Positions 41,470 to 55,715 of a stretch of DNA of 64,000 nt are shown one piece after another (within the stretch, counting starts at the first letter, position 1; each line of letters begins with the position of its first letter). The stretch lies in the NCBI RefSeq assembly GCF_009914755.1, contig NC_060947.1; one strand, 5' to 3'. The DNA comes from the human T2T-CHM13v2.0 reference genome, Homo sapiens. The translations under genes were made by a program, and so were the position numbers. The notes beneath the pieces were generated by a model, which did no database searches, was not told the DNA's origin, and saw nothing but the letters and a program-made list of their open reading frames with translations.

Positions 41470-41900
41470 ATCCATTTATTAATTTAGGAAATATGTATTG
41501 AGTTTCTACTTTGTATCAATGAGTTTGGCCTTCAGCAAGTTTACAGCCCAGTCTAATAAGGAATGTTTTCATGGAAATAAATCCTTAGAATATTGTGTGA
41601 AAAAAGTGATCGCGTATGTATAAGGTGCTTTCTTAGTGTAGAGAAGAGAATATTTAACTCTATCTAGGATGTGAGAGGACCAAGTTGGTGTCCCAGAGAA
41701 AGTTGTGCTTGACATGAGCCTAGAAGGATATCTTAGAATTTGGCTAGGTAAAGATGAGGATCCTTCGCTTTTCAAATTCAGGGAGAGGAGCGAGTATGTG
41801 CAAATGTACAAGAGAATGGATACACATGAGAGTATATCTTATTGGAGGAAAGGCTGGGAGCATAGAGTGCCTTGTAGAAGGGTGGGTGAGAAATGGCTGG
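41470..41900 (-). mobile_element. L2 fragment
   Basis: catttatt...aaatatgtattgag..tctact.tgt and cttgacatgagcctagaagga. It appears to resume near 42355. Confidence 0.6.
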
Positions 41901-41906
41901 AGAAAA

Positions 41907-42184
41907 TACTACTACTACTACTAACTACTACTACTACTATCTACTACTACTACAACTACTAGAAACTACTAGTAGTAGTAAGTAGTAGAATCCAGGTCTA
42001 TACTGACTCCAAGCATACCACAAAATCACCTAACCTCAAGTGAAACATTATTCCTCTTCCTGTTTCTTTCTCTTTTTTGGGGGCGGGGAGGGGAGGAGAG
42101 AGAGTTTCGCCACTACAACTACTAGAAACTACTACTAGTAGTAAGTAGTAGCAGTAGTTATTAGTAGTAAGTAGCAGTAGTAGT
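41907..42184. repeat. (CTA)n/(TAG)n low-complexity tract interrupted by a 120-bp inverted copy of 42994-43113
   Basis: Direct reading, detailed in findings. Confidence 0.9.
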
Positions 42185-42345
42185 TAATATTTACCGAGCA
42201 CTTACAAGTACTCGATGTAGATAAATGCTTTATGTACATTATTTAAACCTTGAAACAATACTATCTATTACTATTATCCCAGTTGCACAGAGGTAGAAAA
42301 TGAGAATTCGGGAGGCTGGGCAACTTGCCCAAAGTTACTAAGCTG
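42180..42345 (-). mobile_element. MIR
   Basis: atttaccgagcactta...ctattatcccagttgcacagagg...caacttgcccaaagtta. Confidence 0.7.
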
Positions 42346-42714
42346 TCAGTTATGCTTGGGAACTAGATCATGAGAGAGGCTTATTTGCCATGCTAAATTG
42401 TTCAGGCTTTATCTTGAATGGGTCAAACTGTCATTGAGGTTTTTTTTTTTCTTTTCCCTAAAGAAACAAATTGGGAGAAACAGACTAGAGGAAATATCTT
42501 TGGAAGTTCTAAATAAGAACTGAGGAAAACATCCAAAATCAAATCCAAAAGGGACTACAAAAAGAATCTAGACATAAAATTAAACACGACAGAGCCTGAG
42601 GGAGAGTTGTTGATGGTTGGTTTAAACAGAAAGGTGATAATATTGGAGATGAGGAATTTGGTAAAAGAGAAAAGGGGAAGGGTTGAGGAAATAGCGTGGG
42701 GAACTAGGTAGCTA

Positions 42715-43032
<318 letters not shown>

Positions 43033-43084
43033 AAAGAAGCAGGAAGAGGAATAATGTTTCACTTGAGGTTAGGTGATTTTTGTG

Positions 43085-43290
43085 GTATGCTTGGAGTCAG
43101 TAGACCTGGATTCAAGTTCTGATTCCATCAATTACTGCTGAGGTGACCTTGGACAAGTCATTTAATGTCAAGTAATTTGAGTCTATATCCTTGTCTGTTA
43201 AGCGGGAAGACTGATACCTATAGGTAAGATTGCACTCTTTTGATTATCAAATTAGACAATATATGTGAGATGCTTTGAGGTGTGCAAACT
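43085..43290 (+). mobile_element. MIR
   Basis: ttggagtcag.agacctggattcaa...gtgaccttggacaagtcatttaa. Confidence 0.75.
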
Positions 43291-43596
43291 GTATACAATA
43301 TAGGTTATGACAAGCATGCATTGTATAGATTCAGGTGCATAGCCATATTTTCAGTCTCTGGAGACTTACATTGCAAATCTAGATCAAAATTTACTGCCAG
43401 AATATCCATGCCATAGGCAGTCTTTTAAGAATCTAATTCTAATATTGAATATTTAAGTTAGAATGCATTAAGGCAAATAGCCTTTAAGTTCAACATGATC
43501 ACAGAGGGTTTTACTTAGCGCTAAAGTTTTAACACTTGAATCAATTTCCATTTTGAGGACTAGCTATTATTTAAAAAGTAGAAAGATAATTTTCTT

Positions 43597-43650
43597 GAGC
43601 ATTGCTCTTGAATAGAAATGTAATGTGAGCCACATAAGTGATTTTTAATT
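43597..43650. mobile_element. MER33-like DNA transposon, first piece
   Basis: aatagaaatgtaatgtgagccacata. The remainder lies at ~53745-54185. Confidence 0.6.
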
Positions 43651-45992
43651 GAATTTTTATTGAGATAATTATAGATATACATACATTTGTAAGAACAAAT
43701 ATAGAGAAATACTGTTACCCTCAATGATAGCATTTTTCCAAACTGCAGTAAAATAGCACAACCTGCATTTTGATATGCATATAATTCATCAGTTTTCCTG
43801 AGATCTCCAGTTTAACTTGTACTGTTTTGTGTGTGTGTATTTAGCTATATACAATTTTATTACACATGTAGGTTTATATATTCAACAGTCAAGATACCGA
43901 ACAGTTTCGTCACCACAAAGATTCCTTGTGTTGCACTTTTGCAGCCATATCTACTTACCTCCCACCCGCCCACCTCCACCCCCACCCCCTGACAAACACT
44001 GATACCTTCGCTATCTCTACAAGTTTGTCATTTCAAGAATGTTATATGAATGAAATCACATAGTTTGTGACATTTAAGGAAAGACGTAATAACAGCATAA
44101 TTCTCTGTAGATTAATCTAAGTTATTGCGTGTTTCAATAGTTTATACCTTTCTGTTGCGGAGTGGTAATTTATGGTGTTGATGTATCACAATTTAACTAT
44201 TCACCCACTGAAGGGCATATAATTTGTTCTCATCTTTTGGCTGCTGTTACAAATAAAACAGCTATGAGCATAAGCTTTTATTTATCTGGAATAAATGCCT
44301 AAGAGTGTAGTTGCTGGGTCATATGATGAACACATGTTGAGTTTTATAGTTAACTGAAAAACTGTTTTCCAGAATAGCTGTATTATTTTACATTCCTACC
44401 ATCAGTGTATGAGTGATCTGGTTGCTCTGCATCCAGTATTTGATGTTGTCACTATTTTTATTTTAGCCACTCTTATAGGATAGGTGTAATTTTAATTTTA
44501 TGTACATCATGGCTAATTACGTTGAACAAATTTCATGTGTTTGTCATCTTTCATCTGTATACCCTCTTTTGTGAAATATATTTTTATGCCTTTTGCCGAT
44601 TTTTAATAGCATTCTTTTAGTTGACTTTTGTGGGTTCTTTATATATTCTAGATACTAGTTCTTTGTCAGATATGTTGTTTGTAAATATTTCCCCCAAGTC
44701 TGTAGCTTGTCTTATCACACGGACTTTCAAAGAGTAAAAGTTTTTAATTTTGGTGAGATTTAATTTGCCAATTTTTCTTTTTTTAAAAAAAACCAAAGCC
44801 CAAAGAAAACAGGGTCTCACTCTGTCACCCAGGCTGGAGTGCAGTGGCATTATTGTGGCTCACCATGACCCCGACTTCCCAGGCTCAGGTAATCCTCCCA
44901 CCTTAGCCTTCTGAGTAGCTGGGACTATAGACATGCACAGTTATGCCAGGCTAATTACTGTATTTTATTTTTTTTGTGGAAACAGAATCTCACTAAGTTT
45001 CCCAGGCTCTCTTGAACTCCTGGGCTCAAGCAATCCTCCTGCCTGTGTCCCAAAGTGCTAGGATTACAGGCATGAGCCACTGTGCATAGCTCAAGTTTTC
45101 TTTTTATGTGTCGTGTTTTTGTTTCAACTCTAAGAACTCGTTGCCTACCTCTAGATTCTGAAAATTTGCTCTTATGACTTTTTTCTAAAAGTTTTGTTGT
45201 TTTATGTGTTACATTTAAATCTATGTTCCATTTCAAATTATCTTTTGTATAAGATGTGAAGATTTCCCCTGCCCCCATGGGTTTGCAATTGTTGCAGCAC
45301 CAATTCATTGGGTTTTGCATCTTCGTCAAAATTCAGTTAAGCATATTTGTGTGGGTCTGTTCCTGTATTCTCAATTCTGTTCATTGACCCTATGTTTATC
45401 TCTCTACCAAAAGCACATTGTCTCAGTTATTGTAAGTGAACAGTAACATTTAACACCAGGTAGAGTAATTTGTCCCACTTTTTTTGGTCAATGTTGTTTT
45501 TGCTATTATAGGGCTCATGGCATTTCCTATAAATTTGAGAGTGGGCTTGCCTGTGTTTCTAAAACACCTTGCTGGGATTTTTATATGAATTGCATTAAAC
45601 CTGTAGATTAATTTGGGAAGAATTTATATCTTTACTATGTTGAAACTTTCAATTCATGAACATGGTGTATCTCTGTTTATTTACGTCCTCTTCAATTTAT
45701 TTCATCAGCATTTTGAAATTTTCAGCATATAGATCTAGTACATGTATCTCAAGGCTATACCTAAGTACTTCATTTACTCTGGAGTAACTATAAATGGTCT
45801 TGTGTTTTTAATTTTGGTTTTCATATGTTCATTGTTAGTGTATAGAAACATGATTGATATTTTCTGTTAGTCTTATATTCTGTGACCTTGCTGAACTCAC
45901 TTATTAGTTCCAGAATTTTAAATATATTATTTGGGATTTCTGATGCAAACAATTATATCTGAAAAAAGAGGTAGTTTTCTTCTTTATTTTTA
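43645..45992 (-). mobile_element. L1MB/MC-like 3' UTR and ORF2, resuming at ~53481-53745
   Basis: tttattgagataattatagat... 3' end, then antisense ORF2 to ...aaagaggtagttttcttc. Confidence 0.82.
44785..45091 (-). mobile_element. AluJ
   Basis: acagggtctcactctgtcacc, ctcctgggctcaagcaatcctcc. TSD caatttttcttttt / caagttttcttttt. Confidence 0.9.
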
Positions 45993-46004
45993 TAGGGTTG
46001 AAAA

Positions 46005-49000
46005 AATTTCTAAATTTTTGAAATTTTTAATTTTTGTGGGTACATAGTAGATGTATATATGTATGGGTATGTGAATATTTTGACATGCCTATATCATTAT
46101 TTTGATATAGGCTGCAATGTGTAATAATCACATCAGGATAAACAGGATATCCATTGGTCAAGCATTTATCCTTTGTGTTATAAACGATCCAATTATACTC
46201 TTCTAGTTATTTTTAAATGTACAACTAAACTATTACTGACTATAGTCACCATGTTGTGCTATCAAATACTAGGTCTTATTCATTCTTTCTATTTTGTACA
46301 CATTTACCATCCCTGCTTCCCCTGCACAATCATCACTACACTTCCCAGTCTCTGGTAACCATCTTTGTACTCGCTATCTTCATGAGTTCAGTTCTTTGAA
46401 TTTTTAGCTTCCCCAAATAAATGAGAATATGTGAAGGTTGTCTTTCTGTGCCTGGAATATTTCACTTAACATAACCATCTCCTGTCCGATCCATGCTGTT
46501 GCAAATGACAGTATCGCATTCTCTTTTATGGCTGAAGAGTACTTCATTGTGTATGTGTACTATATTTTCATTATCCATTTATCTGTTGATGGAAATTTAG
46601 GTTGCTTCCAAATCATGGCTATTGTGAAGAGTGTTGCAATAAACATGGAAGTGCAGATGTCTCTTCGATATACTGATTTCCTTTCTTTTGAGTATATACC
46701 TAACAGTAGGATTGCTGGATCATATGGTAATGCTATTTTTAGTGTTTTGAATAACCTCCAAACTTTTATTCATAGTGGTTTTTCTAATTTAAATTCCCAC
46801 CAACAGTATACAAGGGTTCTCTTTTCTCCACATCCTCACCAGCATTTGTTATTGCTTTTCTTTTGGATAAAAGACATTTTAACTGGGGTAAGATATCTGA
46901 TTGTAGTTTTGATTTGCATTTCTCTGATGATGACTGATGTTGAGCAACTTATCGTATACCTGCTTGCCATTTGTATGTCTTCTTTTGAGAAATGTCTATT
47001 CAGGTCTTTGGCCCATTTTTAAATTGGATGATTAGATTTTTATTCCTACAGATTTGTTTGAGTTTCTTGTATATTCTGATTATTAATCTCTTGTCAGATA
47101 AGTAGTTTTCAAATATTTTCTCCTGTTCTGGGGTTGTCTCTTCACTTTGTTGATTGTTTCCTTTGCTGTGCAGAAGCTTTTTAACTTAATGTGATTGTAT
47201 CTGTAAATTTTGGCTTTTGTTGCCCGTGCTTGTGGGGTATGACTCAAGAAATCTTTACCTAATCCAATGTCCTGGAGGGTTTTTTCCAATGTTTTCTTGT
47301 TTTATTAAAAATATTGACAGTCTTTTTAAAACTTTTTTTATATGTTTGTATTTCTACAAGTTATTGGGGAACAGGTGGTGTTTACTTACATGAGTAAGTT
47401 CTTAGTTTTTAAATACTTAGTAAATAAATATGCCAGTATTGTGCTGTTTTGGTTACTATAGCCCTGTAGTATAATTTTAAGTCTAATAATGTGATCTCTT
47501 CTGTTATGTTCTTTTTGCTCAGAATAGCTTTGGCTATTCTGGGGTGTTTTTTTGGTTCCATAAAAATGTATATATTCTTTATTTCTATAAAGAATATTGT
47601 TGAAATTTTGATAGAGATTGAAATGTGTAAATTGCTTTGGAAAATATAAGCATTTTAACAATATTTATTCTTCCAATGCATTGTTTTCATTTTTTGTATC
47701 ATGTTTAATTTTTTGCACTAATATTTCATAGTTTTTGTTATTTATAGAAATCTTTCACTTCTGTGCTTAGTTAATTCCTAGAAACTTAATTTTATTTGTA
47801 GCTACTGTAAATGTGATTACTTTCTTGATTTATTTTTCAGAATACTCACTTTGCATACAGAAATGCTACTGACTTTTGTATGTTGATTTTTATCCTGCAA
47901 TTTTACTGAATTTGTTAATGGATTCTGATAGTTTTTTTTGTGGTATATTTTTGGTTTTCCAAATATAAGAGCAAATTATCTGCTAACAAAAATATTTTGA
48001 CTTCTTTCTTTTCAGATAAGATGGCTGTCATTTCTTTCTCTTGTCTGATTACTTGAGCTAAGAAACTTCAAGTATTGTGATTGTGTTGAATAACAGCAGT
48101 GAAAGCAGGCATATTTGTTGTGTTGCAGATCTTAGAGGAAAGACTTTCAGCTTTTTCCTATTCAGTATAGTACTAGCTGTGGGTCTGTTGTATATAGCTT
48201 TTGTTATGTTGTGGCATGTTCCTTCTATACACAGTTTTTTAATGGCTTCTATCACAAACGTATGTTGAATTTTATCAAGTGTTTTTCAGCATTGGTTGAA
48301 ATGATTGTATGGTTTTTGTCCTCCATTGAAATGACTGTATGGTTTTTGTCCTCCATTGTGTTGATATAATGCATTATACTGAATGACTTGTGTCTGTTCA
48401 ACCACCTTTGCCTTTCTGGGATAAATCCCAGTTGGTTATGAAGAATGATCTTTCTAATGTGTTGTTGATTTCAATTTCCTGGCATTTTGTTGAGAATTTT
48501 TGCAACAATATTCATTAGTTATATTGGCCAATAGTTTGTGTGTGTGTGTGTGTGTGTGTGTCTTTTTCTGGTTTTGGTGTCAGGGTAATATTGGTGTCTT
48601 TGGATGAGTTTGGTAATATTCCCTCTTCCTCTATTTTTTACAATAGTTTGAGTAGAATTGTTATTATTTAAATATTTGGTAGGATTCAGCAGTGAAACCA
48701 TCAGGTCCTTGGCTTTTCTTTGCTCAGAAAATTTTTATTATGGCTTCTATCTTATCACTTGTTGTTTGTCTGTTCAAATTTTGGATTTCTTCATGGTTCA
48801 ATCTTGTTAGGTTGTATGTGTCTAGGAATTTATCCAGTTCTAGGTTTTCCAATTTATTGGCATGCAGTTGCTCATAGTAGCCACTACATAGAAATTCTTA
48901 GTAATCCTAAGAATTTCTGCAGTATCAGTTGTAACGTCTCCTTTTTTTATCTCTGATTTTATTTATTTGTGTCTTCTCTCTCTTTTTTTTTTTTTTAGTC

Positions 49001-52000
49001 TGGCTTATGGCTTGTCAGGTTTGTTTATCTTTCCAAAAAGACCTAACTCTTCATTTTGTTGATCTTTTGTATTGTTTTCTTCATTTCAATTTTATGTATT
49101 TCTGTTTGATCTTTATTATTTTCTTCCTTCTATTAATTTGGATTTGGTTTGCTCTTGCTTTTCTGGGTCTTTAAGATGCATCATTATGTTATATATTTGA
49201 ATGTTCTTTTTTTCTTTTTTGATGTAGGCACTTATAGCTAAAAACTTTCCTCTTAGTACTGCTTTTTCTGTATCCCATGGGTTTTGGTATTTTATGTTTT
49301 TATTATCATTTGTTTCAGGAAATTTTAAAATTTCTTTCTTAATTTCTTCACTGACCCACTGGTCATTTAAGTATATATTGATTAATTTCCATGTGTTTGC
49401 ACAGTTTCCAAAATTTGTCTTTGTATTGATCTCTAGTTTTATTCCACTGTGGTCAGAGAAGATGCTTGATAACATTTAAAATTTTTTGAATGTTTTAAAA
49501 CTAATTTTGTGAATTAATATATAGTGTTTTGAGAATTAATCATAAGTTAAGAAAAATAATGTGTATTCTGCAGTCATTGGATGAAATGTTCTCTAAATAT
49601 CTGTTAGGTCCATTTAGTCTATAGTGCAGATGAGGTCTGATATTTGTTTGCAGATTTTCTATCTGGAAGATGTACCCAATGCGGAAAGTGGGGTGTGGAA
49701 GTGTCCAGCTATTATTGTACTGCAGTCTATCTCTCTCTTTTGCTCTAATAATATTTGCTTTATATATGTAGATGCTCCAGTATTAGGTGCATATATGTTT
49801 ACAATTATATCCTCTTGCTGAATTGACCCATTTAGCATTATATAGTGACCTTTTTGTCTCTTCTTATAGTTTTTGTCTTGAAACCTATTTTGCCTAATAC
49901 AAGCATAGCTACCCCACCTCTTGTTTGGTTTCCATTGACATAAAATATCTTTTTCCATCTCCTTTTTTGCATCTGTGTATATCTTTATAGGCGACATGTG
50001 GTTATTGTAAGCCAAAGATCATTGGGTCTTGCTTATCTTATCTATTCAGCCGCTCTACAACTTTTTATTGGAGAGTTTAGTCCGTTTACATTCAACACTG
50101 TAAGGGATAAGTATGAACTTATTCCTGGATTTTTTTATTTGTTTTCTGTTTGTTTTGTGGTATTCTCTCCCTTACTGTCTTCCCTTTAATGAAGGTGATC
50201 TCTGGTGGTATGATTTAATTTTTTGCTTTTCATTTTTTGTGTATCTTTTATATATTTTTTGATTTGAGGTTACCATGAGACTTGCAAATACAATCTTGCA
50301 GTCTCTGATTTTAAACCGAAAACAACTTTACAGTGATTGTATAAATGAACAAGGCAAAAGAAAACTAATAAAAGCTCTACACATTAAGTTTCTTCCTTGC
50401 TATTTGTTGTTTTTATTTATATCTTATTGTATTGTCATACTGTCTGTGTCTTGAAACCTTGTTGTTATTATTTTTCATTGGTTCATTTTTTAGTCTTTCG
50501 ACCTAAGATAAGAATAATTTACCCACCTCAATTACAACCTTATAATATTCTGTTTTTTTTCTGTGGTACTTAATATTATCAGTGAGTTTTATACTTTCAG
50601 ATTATTTGTTGTTTCTCATTAACGTCTTTTTCTTTCATACTGAAAAACTCCCTGTAGCATTTTTGGTAGGAAAGGTCTGGTGTTGGTGAAATCCTTCAGC
50701 TTTTGTTTGCCTGGGAATGTATTTCTCCTTCATGTTTGAAGGATGTTTTCACCAGATATACTTTTCTAGGGTAAAAGCGCTTTTTCCTTCAGCACTTTAT
50801 CTCATGCCACTCTCTCCTTGCCTGTAGGATTTTCACTGAAAAGTTGGCTGTGAGACGTATTGGGCCTCCATTGTGTTATTCGTTTATTTTCTCTTGTTGC
50901 TTTTAGGATTCTTTCTTTATACTTGACCTTTGGGAGCCTGATTATTAAACGCCTTGAGGTAGTCTTCTTTGGGTTAAATCTGCTTGGTGTTCTACAACTT
51001 TCTTGTACTTGAATATTGATGCCTTTCCTTAGGTTTTGGAAGTTGACTGTGATTATTCCTTTGAATAATCTCTCTACTCCTAAGTCATTTTCCACCTCCT
51101 CTTTAAGTTCAATTTCTCTTAGGTTTGCTTTGTTGAGGCCATTTTTTAGATCTTATAAGTGTCCTTTATTGTTTTTATTTGTTTTCTTTTATCTCCTCTG
51201 ACTTTCTGTTTTTCAAATAGCTTGTCTTCAAACTCACCAACTGCTTCTTCTGCTTGGTCAATTCTGCTATTGAAGAACTCTGATGCAGTCTTCAGTATGC
51301 CAATTGCATTTTTCAATGGAAGAATTTCTTCTTTATTATTTTTAATTATTTCAATGTTATTGTTAAATTTATCAGATATTATTCTTGAATTCCTTCTGCT
51401 TGTTTTCTTATATTTTTGAGTTTCCTCAAAACTGCTACTTTGAAGTCTCTGTCTGAGAGATCACATATCTCTGTTTTTCCAGGATTGGTCCTTGGAGCCT
51501 TATTTATCTCATTTGTTGATATCATGTTTTCCTGGATGGTCTTGATGTTTGTGAATTTTTGTCTGTGTGGGCATTCAAAAGTTAGGTATTTATTGTGATC
51601 TTTATACTCTAGGCTTATTTGTACCTGTCCTTCTTGGGAAGATTTTCCAGGTATTCAAAGGGACTTGTGTGTTGTGATCTAAGCTGTATCTGCATTAGAG
51701 GGCATCCGAAGCCCAGGAACACTATGATTCTTGCAAACCTGCAGAGGTACCACCTTGTTGGTCTTGGATAGGATCCAAAAAAATTACCTGAATTACCAGG
51801 CAAACTCTTGTTCTCTTTCCTTACTTTCTCCTTAACAAATGAAGTCTCTCTCTTTCTGTGCTGTGCCATCTGGAACTGGGGGGGGGAGGACACAAGTGCC
51901 TCTGGGGCCACCAGCACTGGGACTGCACTGGATCAAACCTAAAGGCAGCACATCATTGGGTTTCGCACAAGGCCCAGTGTAACTAGTACCTGGCTACCAC

Positions 52001-53480
52001 CTATATTTGCTCAAGGATCTAGGGCTCTATAATCAGCAGATGGTAAAGCCAGCCAGGCTTGTGTTCTTCCCTTTATGGCTGCAAGTTTCCCCAGACCCTA
52101 GGCTGGTCAGTGATGCTCTCTAGGAGCCTGGGGCTGAAGTCTTAAATTTTAGAAATCTACCCGGTGCCTTCTTCTATTGCAGTTAAGCTGGTGCTCAAAT
52201 TATGAGAAAAAGTCATTTGTACTTTTTCCTCCCCCCCTTTTTTTCTCCCCTTTTTACAGGCAAAGAAACCTCTCCTCATGGCCACCACCACCACAGACCC
52301 ATGGGGGCTATTGCTGTGTTACTGCCAATATTCACTTAACACCCAAGGGCTCTTCTTCAGTCAGCTTGTGGTGAATGTTGCCAGGCCTGGGACTCACCCT
52401 TCAGGACAGTGGGCTCCCTTCTGGCCCAGGGTAGGTCCAGAAATGCCATCCAAGGGCCAAGACCTAGAATCAAGGACCCCAAGAGCCTACTTGGTGCTCT
52501 ACTCTACTGTGGCAGAGCTGGTACCTGAAGCCAACATGTCCCAGTGTCTTATCAATGGCCTATAACTTATGACTTGTGTATTTCTGATGGTTCTTCCAGG
52601 ACCAAGGGCTTGTTAGTCAGCCAGTGATATATCTTGCCAGGATTGAGCCTTTCTCTTTAAGGCGGTGGGTTCCTTTCTGGCCCAGGGTGTGCCTAGAATT
52701 GTTCTCTGGCAGCTAGGGCCTGGACTCAGGGATTTATGACTCTGCCAGGTGCCCTATCCTACTGTTTCTGAGCTGGTATCCAAGGTGCAAGACAAAGTCC
52801 TCCTTACTCTTCCCTCTCGTCTCCTCAAGCAGAAGAAAGGAGTCACTTTTGTTGCTTCAAGCTGCACTGCTTGGTGTTGAGGGAGGTGTGGTTCAAGTAC
52901 TTCCTTTGCGGCCCTGGCTGGTTTTCCATATCCACTGGCTCTGAGCCCAGAACAGCACTAGCAATTGCCTAGGAATTGTAGTCTTTGCAGCTCAGATGGA
53001 CTTTCAGATATATTTAGGACCCCAGAGCCCTTTAGCCCATGGTGGTAAGGCTTGCTGAATTTCAAGTTCTCACTGCTGGGATGCGCAATTCCCCTCTGGT
53101 TGGGGTTGGTGTAAATGCTCCTTCTGTGTTCAAACATTGGCTGAGTTTAGCCTGTTTTTGCTTTCTGCTGTAAACAGGGCCACACTGAGTTCAATGCAGG
53201 GTCTCACAATTGCCACAATTTTCTTCCCCCAAGCACACAGATTTTCTTTGCCACATGGCCACTGGCAGGAGATGGGGAAGGGGCACTGTCAGAAATTCAA
53301 GACTATTTTTTACCATCTTCAGTGCCTCTTTCAGTGATATGGAGTTAAACCAGGTCCTGTAATTGCTGACCTGATTTTTGGTTCTCATTAAGATTCTTTT
53401 AATGTAAAATTTGTGTAAATTGATGTTCCTGTAAGAGAGACAATTGGTGAAGGCGTCTATTCAGCTATCTTGCTCTGCCT
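46005..53480 (-). mobile_element. Near full-length L1MA (~7.5 kb), disrupted
   Basis: 3' UTR, ORF2 fragments (49116-50015: GSIQQEDIIVNIYAPN, FSDHSGIKLEIN), ORF1 (50802-51095), 5' UTR ending cagctatcttgctctgcc. Confidence 0.92.
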
Positions 53481-53744
53481 TCCCAGTTTTATTTTTTCCG
53501 TTCCAATTCATACGCTTTATATTTGTTTGCCTTGCTTACTGCGTTGGCTTTAACTTTAGTATTATGTTAAATAAGAGTGGTGAGACTGATATTGTGGCCT
53601 CTTCCTTATATTATCAGAAAAACACTCAGCCTTTCACCATTAAATATGGTGTTAGCTATAGGTTTTTTTATACATGTTCTTTATCAAGTTTAGGAAGTCT
53701 GCCTCTATTCCTAACTTTCTGAGAGTTTTAAATTGTGAATGCAT

Positions 53745-54185
53745 GTCACATATATAATTTAATTTTTTTCTAATAGTCCTGTAAAAAGTATTTAAAAAAA
53801 CATTGGAGACTCAGGGCGGGATGCTGGGAGGGGATTGAGGAATAAAAAATTACTTAATGGGTACAATGTACATTATTTGGGTGATGGTTACAGTAAAATC
53901 CCAGACTAAACCACTAGGCAATATGTCCATGTTACAAAATGGCCCTTGTACCCCTCAAATTTATACAAATAAAAGTAGTATTAATTTTAATAGACTTTAT
54001 TTAACCTAGTATATCAAAGTATTAGTGTTTCATCATGTAATCAATATAAAATTTTTATTAAATATTTTACATCCTTTTTGCATCAAGTCTTAGAAATCTG
54101 GTGTTTATTTTACACTTACAGCACATCCCAATTTATGCTAACAACATGTGGTTAGTAGCTAGCGTGTTGGACAGAGCAGGTCTAA
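53745..54185. mobile_element. MER33-like remainder, interrupted by an L1 3' tip at ~53800-53975 (+)
   Basis: tttatttaacctagtatatc...ttttacacttacagcacatc...ttggacagagcaggtcta. L1 tip aatgggtacaatgtacattattt...gtacccctcaaatttatacaaa. Confidence 0.78.
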
Positions 54186-54489
54186 AGTGGCAAAACCTGA
54201 GGAAAGAAACAGTTGAGCCTCCTCTCAACCAAAAAACTTGAGTTGTCTTATTTTTTTTTCTTTAATATTTATGAAGCTCCCGTGGTGAACAGGATAACAT
54301 AGTTAATCTGAGTATTGTGAATTCTCAATTCAAACCAGCAGTAATGTAATGTAACAATTTTATACTCTATTTTTAAAAACGTAGTTTTATGTGTAGATTG
54401 CTTCAGCTTGATAATGAGGAAATCAATGGATAGAGGATTATCAGTTTGGCCACCAGCATAGTTAGAGCCACTGTATTAACTATATTAGC

Positions 54490-54925
54490 ATATCCTAAAA
54501 TCATAGGACATCAGTGGATTAGGAGGGTTGTCAAAATGTAAAATTATAGTTATCTCACCAAACAGCTGTGTAGCCTTGGGTAAATCCCTTGACCTCCTTG
54601 GGCCTCAGTTTACCTATCTGAAAAATAAAGTCTTTAAAGTATCTTTTAGTTTCAAGACTGTAACAAAGCTCTTTGATTCAGGCATTCTATCAACAAATAT
54701 TTTTAAGAGCTCCATTATGTGCCAGGCACTGAACCTGAGGTTGCAAACTTTAATCTTTACTCTTTGCTTTCTTAGAGCTTATAGTCTGTTGAGGGAGATG
54801 TAATTAAACAGCTAATTTGAAAAATAAGTTACGGTGATGAAAATGCCATAGAGGAAAAATCCAAGGTTATCTAGCTTACTTGGCAGGGAGAGGAGATCAG
54901 GAAAGACTTCCCTGACATTTAAGCA
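54490..54925. mobile_element. MIR fragment (+) followed by L2 3' fragment (-)
   Basis: ccttgggtaaatcccttgacctc..gggcctcagttt, then tcaacaaatatttt.aagagc...atgtgccaggcactg. Confidence 0.65.
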
Positions 54926-55177
54926 TGTTATTCAGTAGCTTTTTGTTCAATTATTAAACTCTTTTATGATACAAACTAAAACATTATCATAAATTTAAGC
55001 ATATTCAGTAGTTATATTCTAAATGCCCTTAAGATAAACACGGTATTCCAAGACAAAAGTCTTTTCTCCTTGTAGACAGAAACTATGTAATATTAATAAT
55101 GATAATAAAATTATTTTGATGAAAACAATAAGAATATCTGTTGTACGACTTTGAAAATATGGCGTATACCAATTGTA

Positions 55178-55480
55178 AAAGGAATTGGGTTTGTTTAATC
55201 TGGAAACGTCTTGGGGTTTCAGTGAGGTAGGGGATAAGGTAGCTTTATTCAGAGAGCTGAAGGGTTGTCACAGGGAAACAGTGACAATTTTGTTCCGTGT
55301 GGTCTCTTGGAGAAAACTGCATCAAGAAAGACATCAGCTAAATCTAAGGAAAAAAATTTTAAATAGCCAGAGGGTCCACAGTCTGGGTAGAAGGGATGTG
55401 GGCTGGGGAAGGTTAAAGTTCTAACAAATGAGGTAGACTTGATGGCCTTCATAATTGCTTTCAACTTTGAAATTCCAGAA
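55178..55480 (+). mobile_element. L3/CR1-like LINE 3' fragment
   Basis: aaggaattgggtttgtttaatctgga...ctgaagggttgtca...agacttgatggcct...ttcaactttgaaattc. Confidence 0.6.
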
Positions 55481-55690
55481 AATTCACCATTATATAGGGA
55501 GATGAAAAACCAAAGAAATCTATTAGATAGTTTTTCTGATTTTGAAAATGAAACATTGACAAAATGCAGACATTGAGTAGATAAACAACCTGGACAGTAG
55601 AATTTCAAAAGTTAATAACTGAGAAAAAGGCTGGAAACTATCTAAAACCCAGGATAGATGTGGCTGGAGATCAAAAGTATCAGGGATTTG

Positions 55691-55715
55691 AAAAAAAAAA
55701 AAAAAAAAAAAAAAA
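55691..55715. repeat. Poly(A) run of 25 nt
   Basis: Direct reading. Confidence 0.95.

Noticed and set aside
41949-42151. Two 40-bp direct repeats with a spacer, CRISPR-like
   Set aside because: Only two copies, low complexity, eukaryotic context, and the spacer is a local inverted copy.
46438-47022. Longest ORF (194 aa, hydrophobic) as a membrane protein
   Set aside because: Antisense frame of the L1 3' region with a non-ATG start. T-rich antisense L1 routinely yields such peptides.
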